A DNA stretch of 13,323 nucleotides from a virus, in IMG/VR virus record IMGVR_UViG_3300030381_000139, positions 1-13,323 of that record. One strand, written 5' to 3'. A program made the translations under genes and the position numbers. Position 1 is the stretch's first letter. Every line of letters starts with the position of its first letter. Shown here one piece after another: positions 7,313 to 13,061 of the stretch. The notes beneath the pieces were generated by a model. That model made no database searches, was not told the origin of the DNA, and worked only from the letters and a program-made list of their open reading frames with translations.

Positions 7313-7330
7313 GGTTGCAACGTTTTAACT
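7313..7330. promoter_or_regulatory. Degenerate second copy GGTTGCAACGTTTTAACT, forming a tandem pair with 7289-7306
   Basis: The first octamer is intact and the second has 2 mismatches. Centre-to-centre spacing to the neighbouring site is 24 bp. Confidence 0.6.
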
Positions 7331-7339
7331 ATCATTTTG

Positions 7340-8485
7340 TTATACTGTTTTTGGTGCATCTGCTACTATAAATACAACACAATTTTCCATTGTATCATTG
7401 AAATAGCTAGCGTCATACTTGTAAAAATAGTTCCAGTATTCGCCCTTTGGATTGTAAATGCTAGTTACTCTCGGATTAGCATTGCATACCATACATGCGT
7501 CACGGTCAAAGATAGTTCCAATAATACCTGCCTGAGATACCTTGTTACCGCTAGCAGTTGTAACATCAATTTTGGAAATTTCTGCAAAATCGAACGTTTC
7601 GCCTGTTCCACTGCCCTGCCAGTATGGCACCTCTGAATAACCTGTCAATTTTACAAGGTCATTGTGGAATGTGTCACTCTGTAGGTAAACCTCAGCCGTA
7701 TTTACAAATCTTGACAAAAGCACCATTTTCATGTCACTTTCTGGGGTAAAAGTTGTGTAACCGCCGTCATTGAACAGCATTGAGGGACGTTGAATGTACT
7801 TGATGTACTCCTTGATTTTTCCAATAGCGTACCTAAGGAAATCCTTATCCATAAGAGCGTGGTCTGCTTTCAGGGTCTGAGTAAACTCTGTGTTATACAT
7901 TGTCAAAAGATTAACAACATTGTTATTGCTGTGTATCTTCTCTGCAATAAGATTATTAACAGTTCGTGTTTTAAGTATATCATTTGACAAAGTGAGTTTA
8001 AAACGTATTCTGTTTTCAATCATAGCAAAAAAGCTATTCATTTCAGCAGGAGAATTAAATGCTGACTTGACCTGCATTTCTGTAAATGACATCTGCACTT
8101 CATATGTTACCTTGCTGTCATAAAATTTTGACTGCACGTCAGGGGCTGTAAATACGAATGGGTCATAACTCTGACCGTTTGTCAATTTCCAACTGTCATT
8201 CTCGACTGCGTCAGGCATTTCACAGCGAACTTTTTGCATTGCCGAGCCGTACTCCCATGAATCCGTGAGTATATCGGGGGCAGTTGAATTGTAAACACGG
8301 TCAACAAAAATCATTCTGCCGACTTTATCAATCAACTTGCGAACGTAGTTGTCAACGTCCGTGGCTTCCAAAATCTGCTTGCCCATGTCGACAACATTGG
8401 TCAAATCTTCCGTTGTTACGGCACTTTCGCCGATTATTTCCTGCTGTACATCATTTAGTATTGTAGCAATTTGTGTAACTTTCAT
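7340..8485 (-). CDS. Major capsid protein, phi29 gp8-like
   Basis: Size is 381 aa. The C-terminal motifs TIFDRDACMVCNAN and YNPKGEYWNYFYKY match the remembered gp8 VLVDKDWFMVYDN and RNPRGLYWNYYYHV. It has a strong RBS and relatively high GC. Confidence 0.8.
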   Translation of the reverse strand: MKVTQIATILNDVQQEIIGESAVTTEDLTNVVDMGKQILEATDVDNYVRKLIDKVGRMIFVDRVYNSTAPDILTDSWEYGSAMQKVRCEMPDAVENDSWKLTNGQSYDPFVFTAPDVQSKFYDSKVTYEVQMSFTEMQVKSAFNSPAEMNSFFAMIENRIRFKLTLSNDILKTRTVNNLIAEKIHSNNNVVNLLTMYNTEFTQTLKADHALMDKDFLRYAIGKIKEYIKYIQRPSMLFNDGGYTTFTPESDMKMVLLSRFVNTAEVYLQSDTFHNDLVKLTGYSEVPYWQGSGTGETFDFAEISKIDVTTASGNKVSQAGIIGTIFDRDACMVCNANPRVTSIYNPKGEYWNYFYKYDASYFNDTMENCVVFIVADAPKTV

Positions 8486-8772
8486 TATATTGTACCTCTC
8501 TTTATTTCCTCACCCTTTAGGCGATAATAGTGATTTAGTTTTTTCTTTAACGTGTTATCAATCCCTTTAAAACATGAAAATTTATCTTTGATAACATTTT
8601 CATATTTTAGCCAATCGGCAAGACACAACCAAAACACGAAATCATCACTATATAAAATATAGTCCTTTAAATCTTCCTTATTTTGGAGTGTATCTACTAC
8701 TACTTTTAATACGACTGCTCTTGCAAGATTTACATAATTTTCCGCATATGTTGGACTTCTCACTTTTTCCAT
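8485..8772 (-). CDS. Hypothetical 95-aa protein. It occupies the position of a scaffolding protein, but its composition is not typical of a coiled coil.
   Basis: The start is trimmed to the ATG at 8772 (MEKVRSP), which has a GAGAGGAAAA RBS. The track start at 8799 reads through the palindrome. The stop overlaps the capsid ATG by 1 nt (TAATG). Confidence 0.5.
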   Translation of the reverse strand: MEKVRSPTYAENYVNLARAVVLKVVVDTLQNKEDLKDYILYSDDFVFWLCLADWLKYENVIKDKFSCFKGIDNTLKKKLNHYYRLKGEEIKRGTI

Positions 8773-8791
8773 TATTTTTCCTCTCTTTTCT

Positions 8792-8809
8792 AGTTGCAAC
8801 GTTGCAACT
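8792..8809. promoter_or_regulatory. Perfect palindrome AGTTGCAACGTTGCAACT upstream of the 95-aa gene
   Basis: Read directly. It lies 19 nt upstream of the ATG at 8772. Confidence 0.9.
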
Positions 8810-8811
8810 TT

Positions 8812-9489
8812 TTAATATACACCAATTAGAATTATATCTGCTATTGCTTTAGCAAACATATCAACAACAGAAAACATTGCTAGTTCTCGTTCTGACTGTA
8901 TCATCTGTTGTGATGTAGTAACTCCTATATTACCGCTTCTTGTAAATTCATGCACGGTTTTTTCATTTCCTGCCGTGGTAACTGTAGTGTCTATATCCTG
9001 CGTGTCGGTATTAGTTCCTGTATTAGTGGTTTTGCTATCATTAATAAAACTGTCCGATTTGTCAAAAGTTGTTTTTCCAGTTGTAATTGACGTATCAAGC
9101 CCTACGGTATTTGTATTTTTACCTTTGTTTGTTTGCGTGATGTTTGGCGTTCTTGTGTCAGTTCCTTTTTCTGTCATGGAATAGTTCTCAATGGGATTAT
9201 ATTCCAATGATAGAGTATCAACTAACTTGTCGTATTCGTACTTATGCGATTTACCATATAATGCTATATAGTCGCTTGCCTGTTTTACCATATTGGTATT
9301 ACTTGTCGTATTTTCATTATCATAATACTTATAAAAATCACGTTCGCCGAACTTATTTGCAAAATAGAAAAACATTTCATCAGGCGACAAAATTGCGAAT
9401 AATTTTAACTCTTTTGATATTTTATCAAAAATAGTTTCTATAGTAGGAAATACTTCAACCCATTCATTCAGCGTTATCATCTTTTTCAT
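8812..9489 (-). CDS. Lower collar / proximal tail-tube connector candidate (phi29 gp11-like by position)
   Basis: It immediately follows the portal gene and overlaps it by 26 nt. The central region is rich in Thr, Asn and Lys, which would fit long beta-hairpins. It carries EYNPIENY and RSGNIGVTTSQQMIQSERE motifs that I associate with collar proteins; this is unverified. Confidence 0.45.
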   Translation of the reverse strand: MKKMITLNEWVEVFPTIETIFDKISKELKLFAILSPDEMFFYFANKFGERDFYKYYDNENTTSNTNMVKQASDYIALYGKSHKYEYDKLVDTLSLEYNPIENYSMTEKGTDTRTPNITQTNKGKNTNTVGLDTSITTGKTTFDKSDSFINDSKTTNTGTNTDTQDIDTTVTTAGNEKTVHEFTRSGNIGVTTSQQMIQSERELAMFSVVDMFAKAIADIILIGVY

Positions 9490-10417
9490 TGTCGGTCTCC
9501 TCTTCTGTTGGTTCTTCCTCTGTAGGCTCTTCCTCAGTTGTTACTAAATCTTCCCATTCAGGGGAAATCTCAACACTAATATTAGTATCAAACATAGCGT
9601 TAATTTTATCAACTGCCTGCTGACGGTTATTTAGCATATTAACAACATTTACAAATAATGCACTATCATTAATATTAACCTCTGCTGTGTTTAGCCGTTC
9701 ACGTTTCATGTTAAAATTTGCATTTACGCCAATGGAATTGTAAAAATTAGCCAACCAAAATTGATACGTTTCAATCGTCTGTTGTAGGATTGTAGCAACA
9801 CTTGTATTATCTGCCATTTTTATTGGTGAAATACAATTTAATATTGTGTCGTCAATCATAACAGCAGGATTACCGTTATATAACTGTTTTAGAACTTTTT
9901 CCCCTGCAATTCTTACGGTATCATCTTTGCACAAAAATGCTGTCTGCACTCTGCCGTTTTTCAATGCACTGGAAATTGTAACCACGCAATCAGCTAACAT
10001 ATTAGCGGTTAGTGTCAGTATAGGGTATAAACCTCCTGTCATTGTTTGTGTGGGGTATTTATCCGTATCACTGTTAAACATTGCCACTCCGTCAACGTCT
10101 AACTTTACAATTTTACTTCCTAAAATTGGATTTGCAATAACAAATTCTGTAGGTAAATAATATTCGTTAGGATAACCGCTATAATTTCCATTTAGTGCAT
10201 ATAGCTTTCCCTTGAACTCGGTGAAAACAACTCTTCCTGTTACAAATAACCAAAAGTTCATTATTTGTTCATCAATGGTGTCGGGTAGATTTTTCCATGT
10301 AAACATATTGATAACACGATTTAACAGCATTTTGTAATAATAATTTGTCAATTGTGTTTTGTCTATGTTTGAAACTCCGAACTCACTCCAACTCCACGGC
10401 TTTATTTTTGAACCCAT
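9464..10417 (-). CDS. Portal (head-tail connector) protein, phi29 gp10-like
   Basis: FTWKNLPDTID, LYNGNPAVMI and GVNANFNMKRERLNTAEV match the remembered gp10 FEWENLPPTIN, YEGNAPVIF and GIKNANLEKKERMVTDEV. The start is trimmed to the ATG at 10417 (MGSKIKPW), which has a GAAAGGGGTGAA RBS. The C-terminal tail is acidic. Confidence 0.85.
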   Translation of the reverse strand: MGSKIKPWSWSEFGVSNIDKTQLTNYYYKMLLNRVINMFTWKNLPDTIDEQIMNFWLFVTGRVVFTEFKGKLYALNGNYSGYPNEYYLPTEFVIANPILGSKIVKLDVDGVAMFNSDTDKYPTQTMTGGLYPILTLTANMLADCVVTISSALKNGRVQTAFLCKDDTVRIAGEKVLKQLYNGNPAVMIDDTILNCISPIKMADNTSVATILQQTIETYQFWLANFYNSIGVNANFNMKRERLNTAEVNINDSALFVNVVNMLNNRQQAVDKINAMFDTNISVEISPEWEDLVTTEEEPTEEEPTEEETDNEKDDNAE

Positions 10418-10436
10418 TTTTTCACCCCTTTCAATC

Positions 10437-10454
10437 GGTTGCAACGTGGCAACT
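10437..10454. promoter_or_regulatory. GTTGCAAC-doublet palindrome variant GGTTGCAACGTGGCAACT upstream of the portal gene
   Basis: Read directly. It lies 19 nt upstream of the ATG at 10417. Confidence 0.85.
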
Positions 10455-10483
10455 TTTGTTACCACGTTCTGCCGATTTGTTAT

Positions 10484-10822
10484 TTACTGTATCTGAATTG
10501 AATAGAACTCGCCGTTAGTTGACTTGCCCTTTACAAATCTTACCTTGACTTCTTCGCCGTCGTTAAGGCAGTCGCTGAGAATATCTGCCAACTCTTCCAT
10601 ATGGTCTAGGCAGACCTTTGACGAGAACCCAAACACGCCGATGTCGGTAGCTATGTAGCCAATATCACACGGCTTCTTATCTCTATCCAAGCCCCCATTT
10701 TCTACCACTGCACAACCTGAAACAGTGTGCCACTCTACCGCTTCTGCTGTCTTGATTGAAATACTTCCGCTCTTTGCGTTAAATATGTCCTTTTTTGTCA
10801 TGTTTACGTTAAATCCGTTCAT
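10484..10822 (-). CDS. Single-stranded DNA-binding protein candidate, phi29 p5-like
   Basis: The protein is 112 aa. Its C-terminus EEVKVRFVKGKSTNGEFYSIQIQ resembles the remembered p5 ETFKVKVVQGTSSKGNVFFSLQLSL, and the preceding segments can also be aligned by eye. Confidence 0.55.
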   Translation of the reverse strand: MNGFNVNMTKKDIFNAKSGSISIKTAEAVEWHTVSGCAVVENGGLDRDKKPCDIGYIATDIGVFGFSSKVCLDHMEELADILSDCLNDGEEVKVRFVKGKSTNGEFYSIQIQ

Positions 10823-10992
10823 GTTTAAAACCTCTTTTCATGTTTTGTAATTTGTTCAATATTGTATGACCGTAATATATAATAGTTATGTACGTTAGAT
10901 AACAATAGCGGTTTAGCGCTCTTATTTTATAAATGTTAATTATTATCAATTTGCCTGTTGTATTGTTAAATGCTCACATAACGTATTATCTG

Positions 10993-11661
10993 TTAAAAAT
11001 TAACTATTTTGTCAAGAATAGCTTCATAAAGGGCGTTGATTAGCTTTGCCCCTGCTATTCCATTTTCTTTTTTTTTCAGCTTCCGCAGAATCTCATTTGT
11101 AGCCTTTTCAGTGCCTTTTCCGTATATGCCGTTGAAGTCAACACCTGTACTAATTATTTTGCAGGTTTTTGCAAGTTTTAACATCATTTTGTATGCGTAA
11201 ACACCTGCATTATTATCTCCACGCTTTAAGCCTGCAGTATCAAAAGCATTGCCCTTATATCTCAGCACCCCTAAAAAGTTATGGTATGTATGGCGTTCTT
11301 TTGCTACAAAATTATGTCCGTTGTAATTCTGGTCATAACTGTAAAAATAACCTATAGTACCCTCACCTGTTGCAATTGAGATATGCCCGATATTGTCAGA
11401 TGATTTAAACACACATATATCCCCTTGCATTGGTACAAATTCTGGGGTATTTGCAATTTTTGTAAAATTCTTTACAAGAGCCGATACCTCATTGAAGCGT
11501 GTGAAATACTGTTGTGCATTGAAATTGTATGGATAATATGTAAAAACGTTAAAACATTTCTGCATATAGTCGTTTACTAAATCACAACACTGATACGGAT
11601 AAACTCCGTCAAACTCTATTGACTTCCCAAGATTTCTGGAAATATATTCCTTAAATGTCAT
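10993..11661 (-). CDS. Endolysin: N-terminal CHAP domain plus a C-terminal PG_binding_1-like domain
   Basis: A CHAP-like Cys context YPYQCCDLVN and His context NIGHISIA. The C-terminal GDNNAGVYAYKMMLKL...DFNGIYGKGTEKATNEILRKL fits the peptidoglycan-binding repeat pattern. It is adjacent to the holin-like genes. Confidence 0.8.
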   Translation of the reverse strand: MTFKEYISRNLGKSIEFDGVYPYQCCDLVNDYMQKCFNVFTYYPYNFNAQQYFTRFNEVSALVKNFTKIANTPEFVPMQGDICVFKSSDNIGHISIATGEGTIGYFYSYDQNYNGHNFVAKERHTYHNFLGVLRYKGNAFDTAGLKRGDNNAGVYAYKMMLKLAKTCKIISTGVDFNGIYGKGTEKATNEILRKLKKKENGIAGAKLINALYEAILDKIVNF

Positions 11662-11867
11662 TTTTCTTTTACCTCTAAATCTGTTAATCTATGGTTGATT
11701 ACCTTTATCTGTTCTTCAACGACTGGTAAACGCCGAGCAAAATTGTTATGTTCTGCCACTCGGTTTTCCAGTTGTTGCACTCTGTACTCTGTCAACTTAA
11801 ACCCCGAATAACTTCCGATACACGTGCCTATCAGGGATAGCACTGCAACAATTATGGTACTCCACAT
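11658..11867 (-). CDS. Holin-like or lysis accessory membrane protein (N-terminal TM plus coiled coil, BhlA/UviB-like architecture)
   Basis: TM segment IIVAVLSLIGTCIGSYSGF followed by a heptad-like RVQQLENRVAEHNNF...IKVINHRLTDLE. It has an ATGA overlap with the endolysin gene. Confidence 0.5.
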   Translation of the reverse strand: MWSTIIVAVLSLIGTCIGSYSGFKLTEYRVQQLENRVAEHNNFARRLPVVEEQIKVINHRLTDLEVKEK

Positions 11868-12028
11868 TATACTTTACCATTTTTTGAGAACTGAGTGCCG
11901 AAGTAAAAAGCAATGACCGTTGTAAATACTGTCATATACTGTTCACTTGTTATCTTCCCTGCTAGTGATAGTAGACAGAAAACAATCGTTAGTAGGATTG
12001 TTACGATTGATTTTATTGTTATCTTCAT
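11867..12028 (-). CDS. Holin candidate (53 aa, two TM segments)
   Basis: The start is trimmed to the ATG at 12028, with a GGGAGGA RBS 6 nt upstream. TM segments are IVTILLTIVFCLLSLAG and YMTVFTTVIAFYFGT, with a short charged C-terminus. It lies upstream of the endolysin gene. Confidence 0.6.
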   Translation of the reverse strand: MKITIKSIVTILLTIVFCLLSLAGKITSEQYMTVFTTVIAFYFGTQFSKNGKV

Positions 12029-12030
12029 TC

Positions 12031-12258
12031 TTATCCTCCCATTGTCGAACACCCCATTGTTGGCAAACCGCTTTCATACTTATATATAGCGGTTATATCG
12101 CCCAAACTTACCTTAACCCTATAAGGGTACCGGTCTTTTTTAGGGTACTGAAATTCTGAAATCCCTTGGGGCTGTATATGCCCTTTTTCACAGTGTTTAG
12201 CGTCGCCTTCATTTTCAAAACCCGCACCGCATACATCACAAACAAAAAGTGTTTTCAT
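12031..12258 (-). CDS. Small zinc-finger / zinc-ribbon protein (75 aa), function unknown
   Basis: FVCDVCGAGFENEGDAKHCEKGH gives C-x2-C-x11-H-x4-H with a Phe three residues after the second Cys, which is a C2H2-like layout. It has a good RBS, AAGGAAGG. Confidence 0.6.
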   Translation of the reverse strand: MKTLFVCDVCGAGFENEGDAKHCEKGHIQPQGISEFQYPKKDRYPYRVKVSLGDITAIYKYESGLPTMGCSTMGG

Positions 12259-12280
12259 TTTTATTTACCTTCCTTTCTAT

Positions 12281-12307
12281 CACACTGAGTAATTAATACT
12301 CAGTGTG
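12281..12307 (-). promoter_or_regulatory. Perfect 11-bp stem, 5-nt loop hairpin spanning the stop codon of the 225-aa gene. It has no U-tract.
   Basis: cacactgagta 12281-12291 pairs with tactcagtgtg 12297-12307, with loop attaa. The TAA stop (12295-12293) lies in the loop. Confidence 0.6.
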
Positions 12308-12970
12308 CTTTGTTGTAATATCAAAACTCATGTTAATATTTTCGATATTTTCTCTTTTTTCCATAAGCTTATTGACCCACATTGACAGTTCTTTAAGATT
12401 TTCAAAATGTGCCAAATCTCTCGGATTTTCCTCTTCATTAGTTGCGACGTTGCAACTCTCAGCGGTTACCGCTTCCTCAACTTCCTCTTCTATTTCCCCG
12501 AGTTCCTCTTCCTTTTCCTCAACCTCGGCTTCCTCAGTGTCCTTCATTTCAAGTGCCTTGGTGTTGCTGACAAACTCTCTCAACTGCTTTATCGTCATAT
12601 CGGGTGTAATATTGCCGTTTTCGATAACCTCGTTATCAAGGGTTACAAGGGTTGCAAGCTGATTGAATGTAAACATTTCAGCGTTGAGCGGTGAGTTAAT
12701 GTCAGTTATGAACTTATCAGATACTCTTCTCATACGGCTTGCAGTTGACTTTGTGATGTTAAACATTGTCATGGTATAATCGCCGAAGTCACCGAAATCG
12801 TCCTTCCATGTACCATTGTTGTATATCTCCGCAAGGTCAGTGCAGATAGCCTTCTTGTTATCCTCTACGTTTACCATTCTTGTAAAGATACGATGAGTGC
12901 TTTCTTTAAGTGCGTTGTTCTTGAATTCGTTCATAATGTTTGCGCTCTCTGATTTAATAATGTTCTCCAT
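12293..12970 (-). CDS. Early protein (225 aa) with a putative HTH DNA-binding region and a long acidic segment
   Basis: It is the first gene after the right-ITR promoter. GTWKDDFGDFGDYTMTMFNITKSTASRMRRVSDKF followed by FTFNQLATLVTL resembles the DUF3102/ParB-type HTH layout, by eye only. The acidic run is EEAEVEEKEEELGEIEEEVEE. Confidence 0.4.
   Translation of the reverse strand: MENIIKSESANIMNEFKNNALKESTHRIFTRMVNVEDNKKAICTDLAEIYNNGTWKDDFGDFGDYTMTMFNITKSTASRMRRVSDKFITDINSPLNAEMFTFNQLATLVTLDNEVIENGNITPDMTIKQLREFVSNTKALEMKDTEEAEVEEKEEELGEIEEEVEEAVTAESCNVATNEEENPRDLAHFENLKELSMWVNKLMEKRENIENINMSFDITTKHTEY
12440..12457. promoter_or_regulatory. GTTGCAAC-doublet palindrome variant AGTTGCGACGTTGCAACT, embedded in the 225-aa gene
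   Basis: Read directly. It encodes CNVATN and lies 181 nt upstream of the zinc-finger gene start. Confidence 0.75.
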
Positions 12971-12985
12971 GGTAATTTCCTCTCT

Positions 12986-13003
12986 AGTTGCAACGTTGCA
13001 ACT
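12986..13003. promoter_or_regulatory. Perfect palindrome AGTTGCAACGTTGCAACT upstream of the 225-aa gene, at the inner edge of the right ITR
   Basis: Read directly. It lies 15 nt upstream of the ATG at 12970 and about 50-70 nt downstream of the predicted right-ITR TSS. Confidence 0.9.
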
Positions 13004-13018
13004 TTAAAAATTTTATTT

Positions 13019-13052
13019 GTTAAGGTTTTCTTTTCTTGTCCTCTCCCTTAAC
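13019..13052 (-). promoter_or_regulatory. Right-ITR copy of the 5' leader hairpin with the orphan SD-like loop
   Basis: gttaagg 13019-13025 and ccttaac 13046-13052. The sequence is identical to the left copy in reverse complement. Confidence 0.5.
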
Positions 13053-13061
13053 TCTATATAT

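Noticed and set aside
8773-8799. N-terminal extensions of track ORFs that read through the palindromes or into upstream genes: 8799 (MQLEKRGKI), 10465 (MVTKVATLQPIERGEK) and 2061 (30 extra aa of the ATPase).
   Set aside because: In each case an internal ATG has a strong SD at correct spacing (8772, 10417, 1971). The extension would translate the conserved palindrome or overlap the upstream gene extensively.
10823-10992. A rho-independent terminator or small protein gene in the endolysin-SSB gap.
   Set aside because: There is no GC-rich stem followed by a U-run. Only tiny ORFs of about 10 codons or fewer are present, for example the one starting at the minus-strand ATG about 17 nt upstream of the SSB ATG, and they have no RBS.
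1144-12694. Plus-strand ORFs nested inside minus-strand genes: 1144-1338, 1262-1477, 1736-1957, 3185-3460, 5304-5525, 7337-7636, 7790-7987, 7890-8123, 8284-8466, 8349-8570, 8975-9184, 9144-9434, 9846-10160, 11169-11357, 11947-12159, 12303-12662 and 12407-12694.
   Set aside because: Each is fully antisense to a gene with recognisable motifs or clear operon context. They lack convincing RBSs, and their translations are low-complexity and rich in Leu, Phe, Ser, Ile and Cys, which is typical of shadow frames in AT-rich DNA. The Ser-rich ORF at 12303-12662 is simply the complement of the Glu-rich coding run.
389-13003. The repeated 18-bp palindrome as a CRISPR array or as intrinsic terminators.
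   Set aside because: Copies are 0.5-2.4 kb apart and separated by genes, not by 25-40 bp spacers. None is followed by a U-tract, and they sit immediately before RBSs, so neither interpretation fits.
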